Source: Lytechinus pictus
Taxonomy: Eukaryota
NCBI RefSeq assembly: GCF_037042905.1
Contig: NC_087245.1
Location: 25,112,001 to 25,176,000 of the forward strand
DNA length: 64,000 nt
Direction: 5' to 3'
Shown here piece by piece: positions 39,161 through 52,817 of this stretch (positions are counted from its first letter, which is position 1; every line of letters begins with the position of its first letter). The position numbers were made by a program, and so were the translations under genes. The notes beneath the pieces are model-generated. The model did not search any database. It was not told where the DNA came from and was given only the letters and a program-made list of their open reading frames with translations.

Positions 39161-42100
39161 CGCTCAATGGTGGTTCCAGAAAAATATTATTATGACACTT
39201 TGACAGGTCAACGGGACAATTACTGAATTAAAATAGAGGTTATCAGACTCATTCATCCAGTATAAAATACATGTATAATGAACCATGCATGGCCGTGAAA
39301 TATTTTAACTGGTACTGTCATCCCCTAATTTTTGATCAACTTTTAGGGTTGAAGTATAAAAGAGGGTCTTAAACAGGTCAAGGAAAGAGTAGTGCAGTGA
39401 TCGTGTACGTCACAATTTCTTTTGGCGATTTTATAAATACTGTATTTAACAGATAATTGACTGTTTACATAGGGTGTGAATTGAGTAACCTCCGTCTGTA
39501 TTGTTCTGTAATGGGGTCATTTTTCAGATTAGTAGATACTTGTTATGGCTGGAGTTTGTGAACTTTTTTATCGAGGTCAGGTCTTCTAATACCTGACCAG
39601 ATTGTTTTGAAGAATAAAAAGGTCAATCCATTCATGATAATATCCAGACAGGCCAATATCTGTTAATTATACAATTCTATACATTTGGAATATCTGTTGA
39701 TAGAAAGAGAGGCATACATTATTCCAGTCCACTTCTTCCTGGGTATAAGTCCATCTCAGCAACAAATTGATTTTGACAAAATACAATAGATTTTCATCCA
39801 CTGATCCACATCAGATGTAAATAAAGAACATTTTTAGGTTATGCTTACTTTCACAAAGAAGCATTTTAAACACTGACTGGATGCAAGTGTTAAATCCATC
39901 TTTAGAGTTCAATAATGAGACTTCAATAATTGAGGTACTGTATTGATGAAAGTTCACAAGTTTTTATTATAGAAAAAAAATCACCCCTTCGTTGAACTCA
40001 ATTTTGATAAATATATAGTAAATAAAGGAATAATAATAAAAAATGTTTTTAACCAGGTCAAGTGAAGGGGTTGGGATGGCTTGCAAGACTGGTAAATGCC
40101 ACAATTTTGAGCAGACAATTGCCCGTTTACAAAAAATGTGAATTGAATAATCCTTGTCTGTATACTGTCAGTCTGCCGGTCTAATGGGGTCATTTGGCTA
40201 GAGTGTTATTCAGTTTATCAGTGCCTAAAGAAATTGAGTTTTTCAAAGATCCACATTGTAAAAAAAAATAACTGAAGAGGTGTAATTGCCTGTCAAAGTA
40301 TTATAATTGTATCATAGCCTAATATCAAAAGTTCCTGATGACTCCATGGAATCTTTGTAATATTTGTGGAATTAAGTTAATGATTAGGGAGTGCATTTTT
40401 TTTTTTTTTTTACTTTTCTTCATTTCTGATACCCTTTCACGAATAAATAATTGTTCATATATTTGTTTGTCCACTTCCTAAAGCTAATTAGAGAAGTACT
40501 CCTGTAGATTGTAATTTGGGATGTATTTATAAATTTATTAGTTTAACCTGATAATTGTAGAAAATTGAAATCAACTTTGCTGATCAACATAATTTTTGTG
40601 AATTTTGTGAGAATATTCAAAATTGAAAGTCTAAAAAGAAGAAATCACATCTATATCGAGAATTTACCTTGGTATACATGTATATAGAATCTGGGATTAC
40701 AACACTTGTAAATATTAAAATTCATGAAAGTATTGCACATTATCATTAACATGTTGAATATGACTGAGCTGAATACTATATGCAGGATGGCCTTTTTGTG
40801 TTCAGTAAATTAATTTATATCATATGATATTTACTGCGTTAGTAGTTTTCTTGGTAAACAACAGCGGTATTTTACTCCTATAAATATTTCATCTCAATAA
40901 AAAAAAAACCCTGATATAAACAATCCTGTATGTGTACTTGCAGAGTCTAAACTTATTATTATTTATTTATCAGGACCTTCCCCTTCTACAGTGTACATTT
41001 GGAGTAGAAATAAATAACTAAGGGAGACATTATTATTTGAGTTCAAAAGGTAATATTTTGCCTGGAGTAAGAGTGGGGCCAAATACAATATAATTTGCCG
41101 ACTTTCATCATTTTGAATAGCAGTGACCCACTTTGGACTAGGTCAAAAAAAATTTACTCTTGAAAATCTGATGCTAAAAAATTTGATTTGTAGATCCTCT
41201 TTGAAAGCCAATGCACAAGAAATATTTTACAGTGATCAATTTCTAGATTAAACTATTCGCTCGAAGCGCGAATACAATGGAGAAGAATCACTTGTCATTT
41301 TGTTTTTGAAGTTAATGTCTCATTTATTCTTTAGACTGTCAATCACAAAGGTATCGTCAGTGATCCATTTCATTTAACAAAATGCAAAGAATTCTTAAAA
41401 ACTATATTTTTTTCAGAGATACCTATTTGTCTGACAGCTTTATTGTAATTTTCTTACCAACCAAGTTCTCACTGCATGATTTTGGTGATGCGTTGGTGGT
41501 AAATGCTGTTCACAACCCCAATATCTGGAGAAGAATAGCATGGGGATGTGATTCCAGTTGGGGCTTGGCATATATATACACTAGTGCAGGGACACTTTTT
41601 CATGGGTAGATTTGGCAGTGGAAACGCCACCACTTATATACATCACTGGGAGAGAAGAAACTAGATAAACTGTTCACAGTTGATCAGTTTTATAAGGTTG
41701 AGTTGTAGTTCACCAGCTGTGACCTCATTTTGAACCATATTCGACTTTTTTTAACTTTGAATTTTGTCTCTTGGGTGTAGCCGTTCTGCAAAATATTTTC
41801 AAAAAGAGTTTGTTCAAATTGTTGCTTTTGATGCTGTTAGAATTCAAAGAGATTCACGTGTCTGCACGTGTGTTCGATCGAACAATAAATTTGGGGTCTT
41901 TTTTCATTGAAAATTCATGATTTCAGAACCTTTTACAATAATTTGTCAGGATTTTAATCAAAGGTTCCTTTCATCTGTCAACCATATCTGTTTATTATTT
42001 ACTTGTTTGAGATCAGAAAATGACATTGACACCTACAAATTATGTGAAAAGTATTGAGTGGTTTCAGCATAGCGTTCTTACAAAAAAAAAATCCTCAAGA

Positions 42101-42444
42101 AATTGGTATCAGAGGGTTTCTTTTAAAAAGAATAGTAATATGTAATTCCTAATCTATTAAATCATAATTTCAATTCAGTTAGAATTAGATTAAGAGGCTA
42201 GCAAGTATTATTTTATTTGAATACTTTCAAACTGATAAAAGGCCTTAAATTTCAGTAATTTTCGGGCAAGGCCGCTTTTCTAAAGGACACATTTGGAACA
42301 AAAGATATCAAAAGCCAGTGCAAGGGGCATTTAGGCCATCAATATGGCATCAGATGTCATATCCTAGAATTAATATAAGTCCTAGCTGGTACAAAATACT
42401 TGGCATCCTCTGATCTGAAGATAATTCTTGATAAAAAATGTAAG

Positions 42445-42749
42445 GGCCCGTATTCTGAAGTCGGTTTTAACTTAGACCGTGGACTAACTCTGTGCTGAAA
42501 TTATTGGAAGCCAAACGTGTCAAACGTTGTTCACATGGGATGATTCTTATGTTTACTCTGCTCTTTCCTAAATGGCAAAAACAATTTTCTTATTCATCAT
42601 TCCCAGACAGTTAAGAATGATTTGAGAGTCAAATGAGCTGATACTATGAACCTCTACTGTTAGAGATTTATGTTGCAATTGGCTATCCATAGTTAAACCA
42701 CAACTGTAAAACCAGAGTTAAAATCAAACCTGACTTCAGAATACGGGCC
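42445..42749. mobile_element. PIF/Harbinger-type MITE
   Basis: 18-bp perfect TIR GGCCCGTATTCTGAAGTC / GACTTCAGAATACGGGCC; 3-bp TSD AAG. Confidence 0.85.
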
Positions 42750-43137
42750 AAGGAAGTACGTCTACCTGGGGTTTGGGTGTGAAATCACTTTTTTTTATGA
42801 GCAGCCAACAGGGATGTTTTTCATGTTTTACAGATTGAAATATTTTTTTTGTTGTCACCTCCAATTGATCTAGGTATGTGTCAGTTGTCTGACATTGTGA
42901 CCTGCCATGTATCTGACTGCATGCTATGAAATCAGTCATGTTGTCATAATGTTTATCAAAATGGTAGACATGATATTTATCACTGCCAGCCCATAAAAGT
43001 ATCAAAGATTCAACCTGTGCCTCCCTGCAATAGATGCATTTGAAAATTATTTTTAAAAAAAGGTGCCTTTTCTGTTTCTGGGAGAGCTCAGTCGCACCTA
43101 GCAAATTATAGGAAGTATGAAAAGAATAGTCCTGTAC

Positions 43138-43158
43138 CAAAGAGGTGATATCTCCTTG
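43138..43158. mobile_element. 21-bp insertion or footprint with 7-bp TSD (P-superfamily-like)
   Basis: CCTGTAC-[CAAAGAGGTGATATCTCCTTG]-CCTGTAC. Confidence 0.7.
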
Positions 43159-45728
43159 CCTGTACACTATGTATTTTTTCTGCACTTTTGAGAAATGTGT
43201 AATTTCAGTCTTCAGAGTTGAGTAGTGAACTTCAAACGGGTAACAGGTTATAGAGCTCAATATGAAATGGGTATCAGGAAATAGATTATATGATGATTTT
43301 ATTGATTTCACACAATAACATGTTTTTGCTGAAAGTTGATATTTGCAGCTATATATCTCTTTTGACCTGCCCTGTATTGTCTATAAAATCAATCTATCCT
43401 TAACCCAATTTATGATAAGAATGGTGAAAAGGAATCAGAAAGGGGCGTTAATAAAGAAGGAGAGAGGGAGAGAAAGAGGAATGGGGTGCATTATAGAGAA
43501 TTCTACTTTTGAAAGTATTGATATTTGTTAGAGTTGGTTGTTTGCATAATAAATCCCCTTTTGTTGCTTACAGTCTGCTTGTCTGAATATAATAATTCCA
43601 GCTTTGATGTTAACCTTTTGCAATGAGTTCTTTTTGACAGCAATGATGTAGGATTTCAGTTCTTGAGTATGAATGATATTAATACGCTCAACAAAAGATA
43701 TACTGATTGACCCCTACATGCTGGGGATTTATCATTCACTTAAATATTTATTTTTATTTTTTTCTGTTCTCACTTGCGTCCTGTTCTAAGTGGTTGACCC
43801 ACATGCCTTTCTTTATAACAATTGTTGATGGAGCATACATGTATGAAAATTAAATTGATTCATTTGTGTGATGCGAACATTCTGCAATTAGTTTGCCAAA
43901 ACGGCCTGTAACGAGTTATTTAAGAAAGCGGATTTAACTCGTTATCAATCTCGTCTGCAGACACAGACCCCAATTGAAACTTCATCACCAAGTTGGTTTT
44001 GCCACAAGACTAGCACAGATACAATTTTTTTCGGTTTCTAAAGGCCTTCTGAGTTCTGTGCACAAGTCCCAGATGTCGCTGAGCCAAATCCTGCTTCTGT
44101 TTTACAGGATAGATTTATAAAGTGCAGGCTAATGTCTTGTGTACTTTCAGAAGTAGGACACTGTGACTTCAAATCTGTTGTGCTGCTGACGCTACCCAAG
44201 AAAAAAGAAAGGATAAAAAGACAAACAAAAATGCTTGGAAGTATAGGCCTGTTACAATTAATATTTGCAAAGAGAAGATTTAACAGGTTGATATATTTCC
44301 AGATCTCACTTGAGAGGTCTGCAGTTCCTAATTGTAGTCCCTCTTGATTCGCTTTTGGGGGGCGGGGACAGGGGGAATCCTTTGAGATTATTGATGGGGG
44401 CCTAGGAAAGATTTGAAGAGCTGTCAGATTTCGATAGGTGGTCAGTGGATCTAAAAACAGCTGTGACCTTGTAAAGTCTTGTATTTGACCCTGAAAAAAT
44501 ACTTTTAATATTGTTTTTGAAGGTTCAAGTCTTATAATGATTTGATAAAGAATACTTTGAGCTTTGAAAATAATATGTAAATGATATCATGAATAATGGT
44601 GAACAGCACTTGAAGAGAAGATTCCAAGCAAAGGCCTATATATTTTGGTGCCAGGAATCCCAGGATATTTGGTTATTCCAAGGAATTTGTTTAAAATGTT
44701 GATTTTTTCTGAATGAGTCTTGGAACTGAATATTATAAGATAAGGGACCAAACTGGTATCCATCATTTTATAGATTTGGAAGAATTGAGTCCCTTTTGCA
44801 GTTTGCACTACACTGTATCTTTGTCCTATAGGCCTACCATGCATCTCAACTTTCTCGAGATATTACCATGAGGATGTACATCGTGTTTTTCATACAGCTA
44901 AAAAAAAATCTTGCTGTGGAAACGTAAGTGTGGGAGGGATATAATTTTGATTAAATTCAAAGCAAGAAATTTTTGTGTGAATTAATAAAATGGCTTTTGG
45001 TCGAAAATTGTGAGGATCAGGATGGGTAATAGCAATGGCATAAAAAGCATTCTACCTCCACCAATATAGCCCTGTAGTTTAATATTCCTAGTAGAGCCAC
45101 TCCATTGATGTTGATTGGAACATGCTCAGGTCTGACCAAGTACTCTGTCTGGGATATTACTGAAGTCAATTCTTTGAATTCCCAGACAGTATTAAATCTA
45201 TAATGTTGATCTTGTTGAAATTATTGAGGTCAGTTCTTTGTAGGCCCAGACAGTATTAACTCTGCACTGTTGGTCTTGTTGATATTTTGCATATTTTGCT
45301 GTCCATCTGTCAAGTTTAGCCCAGTTATTTAGGTTGAAAAATTGGACAAAAGGAGGTCAGAACTCAAAATGCTGAAAAATTGCTGATCCAACTTTATAAT
45401 TCCTTTGTATACTATGACAAAATGAAATATCTGCCTATGTTATAGTTTTTCTTTCCATTTTTGGAAACACTAAATCAGTAGTAATAGAAGTGACTACCAT
45501 TTTCAGAAAGTATAGAGTTGTTTTGACAATGTCAGTTCTGTATTCTGAAAATTTTGAAATAATCAGACAAGATTGTGTAGTTAAAATGTGTATCTATGGT
45601 GTTAAATTGATGTAAGACCAAGTTCTCTATAATTGACTTGATTCCATATATTTTCTTATTTCCTCTAAAAAATCTGGTAGTGATTAGAAATGTTAGGAAA
45701 TATATTACCATAGATATTAATAGGCCTA

Positions 45729-46147
45729 CAGGGTGCTACATAAGCACTTGCCCGATTGCCAAGGGCAAGTAAAATTTAAAGTCAGGTAAGTGTTTTGAAG
45801 TAAAGACCAAAACTACTTGCCCGAATTGGGCAGGCAAAATTCTCACAGTAGAATTACCAAAATTCGGGTCGATATTATATATCGAACCTAAATTTGGTAA
45901 TGGTGGGCAAGATAAAATCACATTGTAAAAAATGCAAGAACAAGGTACATCAGTTCATGTCAAAAGAGAGAAAAAAAGGTCATTGGTGTATAAAACCGCA
46001 ATATTTTTGTGTGAAGAGGTAATAAAAAAAAAATTTCAAGGATTTTTCGGGCAAGTGAAATAGATTTTCGGGTAAGTATTTTCCAACTATTTAAAAATTT
46101 ACTTGCCTGACAGGGCAAGTGCTTCTAAAAAGTTATGTAGCACCCTG
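45729..46147. mobile_element. hAT-like MITE with 5-bp TSD
   Basis: Perfect 15-bp TIR CAGGGTGCTACATAA / TTATGTAGCACCCTG; TSD GCCTA at 45724-45728 and 46148-46152; repeated ACTTGCCCG/GGGCAAGT subterminal motifs. Confidence 0.85.
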
Positions 46148-46423
46148 GCCTATATTATTATTATTATACAGGGACCCTTTTGATACAGCATGCATGTAGA
46201 CGGTTTTTTTTGCATAATGTACTAATATTGTCATTACTCATTCAGCGTATTCATGATTCTGGTGTCACTTTTATGTGCAGCAAAGCAATGCAGAAGTGGA
46301 AATTTGATGATGATCGACAAAATTTCAAAACTATGACAAATGAAATCACACAAAAAATATATATCTTGATATAATGTGGAAGTGTGTATACAGATGTAGA
46401 ATAAAAGTGATCATTGAGACCTT

Positions 46424-46712
46424 GGCCCCGTCTTACAAAGAGTTGCGATTGATCCAATCAACCTCAACTCTGGATGGCCAGCAATGTCAACATCTAAAAT
46501 TCAAAGTTGTTCTAAATATTTTCTGGATAATGGATATGATGTATATTCATTCAATTATCGTTCTCTTGAAGATTCAGTGTGATTTTCTTTGTTTACTAAG
46601 GAGATTGTGCAAATTTCTTGTAGAAAAAATTATGGTATGGATGGATTTCCATAGAGTTAAGATTGATGGGATCAATCGTAACTCTTTGTAAGACTTTTTG
46701 TAAGACAAGGCC
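46424..46712. mobile_element. PIF/Harbinger-type MITE
   Basis: GGCCCCGTCTTACAAAGAGTTGCGATTGATCC / GGATCAATCGTAACTCTTTGTAAGAC...GGCC, with a 12-bp internal duplication in the right TIR. Confidence 0.75.
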
Positions 46713-48251
46713 CAGAAGTTGGCACTTGGCAGTACCAAGTACCAGCCCACACCCAGACCTCAGTCATTCAATTTTAAGAAATCATTTTCATTTATTTCAG
46801 ATGTTGGAGGTGAGGCTTGGAAATATGCTTTATCTTTCAAATATCTTCAACTGTATCTCTCATCATACAACCTTTGACCCTTTATCAAAGCAGAGATTGG
46901 TTACATTTGATATTTAGGTTGACAGCTTGGATCCTGAATTTGAGATGGATTTACGTTCATTTTCAACTGTTTATGGTGAAATACACCAGTGAAATTTTAA
47001 TGTATGCCATGGGTCAACCCCCAAGCTCCCCAACCCATTCATTTGTCTACTTTTTCTCCAAGGCGGCCTTTTCTTTCCCCCTTTAATTGGTTGGTGTGAT
47101 GACAATTTAAATCACTTTTCCACAAAATTTAAAGACTTACGGTGCTTCTTTTATTGATAATTTGAGAGCATCCTCAAATTTATTACCTGAGGTATTTTAT
47201 GATTTTGTCACAACAGGTATAAATCAGAGTTTTAATGTGTTATGATGGTGTGCCCCGTGATATTTTCACAAGTGCAGGTGGTAGCCCTATCGCTCATTGG
47301 AATAATTTGGATGTGAATGCAAATTGAAGGTAGGCCTATATTTTTGCTTTCAAGATGGTAGAAAAATGTTACTTGCTACCTGGTTTCAGTGTTTGAGATC
47401 AAATATTTTTTTTGGAGAATATGTCAAATGAGATTAGTTACACTTTCAGGAACTTTAGTATCCATGGGTGAACTTTCTTTCTTGTGGGCCCTAATGCTAC
47501 AAGTCATGATTTGAACTCTTGAAAGTTGAAACTCAAGTTAATCTCCAAAACGATTATGAAGGGTGTTTGTGCATGCAGGTGTGTTTGTGGGGGGGGGGGG
47601 GGTGGATAGATTCTTGATGGATATACTGTGCATTCTATTCAGAGTACCTTTTGTCCAATTATCCACAATAAAACACAAACGCACCCACCCACTTGTTGTA
47701 TTTTCTGTCAACAGAGTTGATGCAAAAATCGCTGCAAAATTAAAATCTTAGAAGTTCATTTCCCTCCATTCTACCTGAAAATGTTGACATTTGATTTGTG
47801 AAACTTTCTTTGAGTTTGAGCAAGATGTCAAATAGCCTTGAGGGTCTATTGCACTCAAAGGAATGTGTAGCCTTAAAAGTGATTGCCTGTAACCTGCATC
47901 AAATATTATGTGGCATTGAAATTTATTCTCAACACAAAACAAACCATACAGTGCAATGACCTGCACAGCTCGCTCAAAGGACATTCTAAGCCATAGAAAT
48001 TAATGTTTTCAAGTTTCGTATTCCATTGAATTCCACCTAAATGTAATGTGAATTTAGAAAATTTTTTTCAATGCCAGCATTTATTATGTAGATCATATGT
48101 ACGTGTAGGCCTACATGTATGTGAAGAAAAATAAAAGCTAAAGTGATGGAATTGAAGAGATGATCTTCATTGGCTCATGTGACAAGTGTGTAAAGTCTTC
48201 GAAATAAATCACCTATAGGTATCTGGCCTGTGAACAATATTGAGTTGTTAG

Positions 48252-48625
48252 AGGTCAAGTCCACACCAGCTAAAACATGATTTGAATGAAAAGAGAAAAT
48301 CAAACCAGCATTGATAATGTTGAAAAAAATCTTAAAAACTGGGTGTACTAGAAAGTGATTGTGCTTATTAACTTCACAAAACAGTTTGGTTTAAAATATG
48401 CACACCCTGAATGGTATGCAAATGAGGGCCAGATGATGTCACCCACTATTTCTTTTCTATCTTTTTATGCAATATCACTTTTTTTTCATCATAAGGCCTA
48501 TAATGTGAAACAAGGTTTGATACCTCCCTGAAATCGTGGTATTGCCATCATTTTTTGCAGCGCATTGTGATTTATGAAGATGCTTCCTTATTGTCAAATC
48601 TGCAAAAATTGAAATATTGAATTTC
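48252..48625. mobile_element. Degraded partial copy of Kolobok-type MITE family A
   Basis: AGGTCAAGTCCACACCAG...GATTTGAATGAAAAGAGAAAATC...GGTATGCAAATGAGG...CCTTATTGTCAAATCTG. Confidence 0.7.
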
Positions 48626-49476
48626 ACTTTAACAGGGTGTCAGTGCCTCATCTGGTTGAGCTCCAAGCTTACTTCATCACCTTCGGGTCGGGGTTTGTAG
48701 CTCTTCAAGATTGGCTGAAAGATCAATTTTTCTACAAATATGTGAAAAATTGTTCAATTTTCCTTCAAGCATTCCCAGATGGCTTCCATCCTCTCACTTC
48801 AACTCAAATCCAGCTTTTCATGTGTTGATTTAGCCCAGAACTTTTTTTTTTGGGGGGGGGGGGTGGGGGGACAAATGCCCTATACTGTTGAAAATGTGAT
48901 GCCTATTTGACTGAAGTAGGCAAATAGTTTTGCTTCAAATTTTAGTGTTGGCTTTCAAACAGAAGTGTGAGTTTCCATTGATTTTTTTGTTGTTGAGCAC
49001 AATAATTGATAGGCAAGTAACTTTTTCAGGTCTAGAAAACTTGCAACAAAGAGGAAGAATTGGTAGTGGACATTTGGGCCTTATTGAGACGTGTGCATTA
49101 AAGCTAAGTACTACATGTATTCAAAGATATTCGAACAGACTTTGATTTTAGGAGCAAAAACTTCTGAACTGATATCCCATCCGGTTATTGCTCTAACTTA
49201 CAACATTATTCACAAGCATGTATTTAGACGTGTGCATTAAAGCTACTACATGCATTCAAAGAAAACACAACAAATTCCATAAATGCAGGGACATCATGTA
49301 CATGAGGAAAAGACAAGTTATCTGTTATTGTTTTAATCATGCACAATCAATTTGTGAATAATTTGTTTACGGTTGATATGAAGGAATGTTAAATGACCTG
49401 TGTCATCATTTTCAAATTTTGATTATTTTCCTTGTTCTTTGTCTCGCATCTATCCCCACAAAAGTCATTGTATGAC

Positions 49477-49498
49477 CAAGGAGAGTGATATCTCCTTG
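49477..49498. mobile_element. 22-bp insertion or footprint with 7-bp TSD (P-superfamily-like)
   Basis: GTATGAC-[CAAGGAGAGTGATATCTCCTTG]-GTATGAC. Confidence 0.75.
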
Positions 49499-50849
49499 GT
49501 ATGACAATGTTATTGTGGCTGAAGCATTCATAAAACTTTGCCGTACTGATTCTCATTCCTGATCGGTCATTGCACCAAATTGTAGTCTGTTAAAGTGGTA
49601 TTTACAAAACTGAAATAATTGATGGGATAAACAAATTGTATCATATCTATAATGTGTGAACAAAAAAAGAAGAGTACTCGTTTATTGAGAGAACATTTCC
49701 ATCATTTTCCACGAAGTCCAATATCAAAACATCCTTGAATTCTAAAAAAAGTAAATAATATATTTTGCTTGGCTGTGTAACAGTTAAAAGAAGGAGTAAT
49801 TACATGGTGCTTGCTCTGGTGACATATGTAGGCCGATCATGAAATTGGATATTGGGATTAGACTGATTGTATCACTGTCCATATTGTATCATTTTGTCAA
49901 CTAGATGTCATTGATTAGAGGAAATTTGCGATTTCGTGGTGTAGGTCTATAAAATCATTTAAAAATAATTATTGTCAATTAATTGTTCTTTGTTTTTTGA
50001 AGGTCTATGAATTTAAACTGATTTTGTTCAAAAGGATTTTTTCAATGTATTCAGAGCTCTAAATTGCATTCTTGTCCTATCAAGATTAGTTTTTTTTTAC
50101 ATTTTAGCTCGAAATACGAATAAACTATTCCTTGCTCGCAAGTATCCTCCAGGTATTTATGTAGCCAGGTCTCTCTATTCACTCCCGAAACCACAGTCTC
50201 TGAGTGTACAAGGGTCTGTACACCCGACTGTTGATTGTCCAACCAAAATCCCCTCACATCCATGTACCAGGTCGAGATTTCATTTTAATCTCAATTGAAA
50301 ATTTCCAGTTGAAGTTGTGTCACCTTTGACCTTGCCTGAAGGGTCAGCAATGACCTCTGAAATGTGGCTTTGACCCCTGTTGTACTGGCAGGTTGCCAGC
50401 AAGCAGCGTGGTACACTGTATGATCAAGTTATGATTAGAATTGGACCTGAATATGACATGGCTCCCAGCTGCCAATTAGTATTTCAATTTTGTGGGATGT
50501 AGGCTTTATGTAGAAGGCAATATCCCTAGTCTTGGACTTTCTATAGATTCATGGTTAATACGGTCAAATTTTATTCATAGCCCTCTCTTTTATTTATTTT
50601 TAAAGCCTTTTCTGTTTTCATTTATAATATCACAGTCATCAGTATAAAATTCAGACTTCATCTACACCTAGGCCTATATGGTGAATAGTTCAACATTTCT
50701 TTCATGTAGGCTACAGGATGGCAATAAGTGGAAATTTTGCTGCAGTCATGTAGGCTACATTGTTTGTAGCCTTGTGAAATTGTCCAAAATAAAATCATGT
50801 CAAGTTTAAGATTCTGTGATACAGTACGCTTAAATATTATGGCTGAACA

Positions 50850-51268
50850 GCGTTTATTTCTAATTCGTCTAATGCAAATTCGTCCAATTGCCAACTTGTC
50901 TACTCTCATTTGGTCTACCATCAGTTCGTCCACTCACCAAATGGTCTACTTTCACTTAGTCTAATGCCATTCCGTCTAATAACCAGTTGGTCCAATAGCC
51001 ATTTAGTCCATATACAATGTGGTCTAATTGGACTAAGTGTTAAATTGTGTAAAACAAATGAAAATGAAATGGATATTAGACCAACTAGTTATTAGACGAA
51101 ATGGTCATAGACAAAAAGATGATTAGATGGAGTGATGATTGGACCAAATGGTTAATGGACGAAATGGTTATAAGACGAAATGTTGAATGAAATGGCATTA
51201 GACTAAATGAAAGTAGACCATGTGGTGAGTGGACGAATTGGCAGTAGCCAAATTGGCAATTTACCCAA
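50850..51268. mobile_element. Foldback-like element built from ~15-bp subrepeats in inverted arrays
   Basis: Left arm TTCGTCTAAT/TTGGTCTA/TTCGTCCA units; right arm ATTAGACGAA/TGGACGAA/TAGACCA units. Confidence 0.65.
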
Positions 51269-52817
51269 TCATGTAGGCTACATTGTAGCCTTGTGAAATT
51301 GACCAAAATAAAATCATGTCAAAGTTTATGATTTTGTGATACAGTATGCTCATTGTGGCTGAACATACCGCTTATGATACTAGTGTAAGATCAGTGATGA
51401 AGTGTGACGTCTAACCATCATTTGTATCATTACCAGCGCTCTGTAATCTGAAAGCTATGTCTAGAATGTGAAAGTGATTTAATGTCAGCCAGGCCAATTC
51501 AAGCGGCTCTGTTGTGTTGTGATTCTAAGATATAAGTTGATGGTTAGGGGAGGGGCATACAGAAGGGAATAATGTGAGGAATTGGAGTGTAGGGCAGAAG
51601 GGGGGGGGGGAGCGGAGGGGTGGTCTTTATCTAAATCTTCACCCATCAGATAATTTTATGTGCTTGTAATTGTCTGTCCCAAATAAATGGCATTAAAAAC
51701 TTTCTAACTTGGGTGGTAGTCATGCATTTTATCCACTGTGCCTACATATTGTTCAGCATCTGGAAGTTTCAAAATATAGACATAGGCCATAACTATAATG
51801 GGTCTTAGGAGGATATAAAGAAATATATTAGAAGAATAAAAATTGTTTGTTTCTCTTGTTTTGTACATTATTTCAACATGCTTTAATGGTGAATAAAACT
51901 ATTTTCAGTTATTACTCCCAGACGTTAAGGATGAATTGAGTATATACCCTACCATTTGTGCTGACAAATCGAACTTCTACTGTGTCGCAAAGATTCGCAA
52001 TCCATAAAATTATAAACCCAAGTTTGGAACTTTTGAGTATGAACCAGTGAACATGTTCTACCCGTGAATGTACTTTCTTGTGAGGCCTTGAAGTTCATGG
52101 TTTGAAAGGATCTTTTTCTCTGTCTTTCCATGAGATTCAAGGTGATCAAAGATAATGGGTGTGATTTTGCAGCTTGACACGTAACACTAAACCTTTCATC
52201 TTTTATCTTAATGCGACCGTTGATCTCAGGATGAACTTGTGCTTTTTACCATCCATTTGAAAACATGACAGGTATTGGTTGACAGTTGTATTGTTTGGAA
52301 AGAAATGAACAGTCAATATCAAGGTTAGGTTCATGGCTACTTAAAAGGTCTTTTGGCAAGGAGGGATAGAGTCTGGTTAAGAGGAATAAACTTAACACTC
52401 GGGTATCAAATCTGCACAGGATACGCATGGAAAAGGGAAGGGGTGGGGTGGTTAACATAATTATTTTACAGGATTCATGTGATAATTCTGAAGGTATCAT
52501 GTTAAACTAGCGTATATTACATAGACAGACAGTCCCCAATCTTAGTTACTTTTTCTATGGGCGATCATTAACAGTCTACAGACACAATTGACTCAGACAA
52601 AAAATATTCTCATTTGGTAAAAAAACCTTTGCTACTAGTTCTCATTTTCTGTGGAATGCACTTTCTTCAAGTAAAGTGAAAAGTCTGTAGAGTAAATTAA
52701 ATCTGGTCTGACTTATCTGTTCTTAAATCTTGTCATATTTCAAATGATCCAACTTTCATGTTATTTTATCCCTCTGTGCCCCTGAATAGGTAAGTACAGA
52801 TAAAATGCATACCTTGA

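Noticed and set aside
41602..41702. Third alternative first exon (ATGGGTAGA… AAG|GTTGAG)
   Set aside because: In-frame TAG precedes the weak donor.
42736..43311. 191-aa minus-strand ORF
   Set aside because: No domain recognised; it runs through the 21-bp footprint and ends in a MITE, antisense within an intron.
50850..51268. CRISPR-like array
   Set aside because: Short degenerate subrepeats in inverted arms without unique fixed-length spacers; eukaryotic context with no cas genes.
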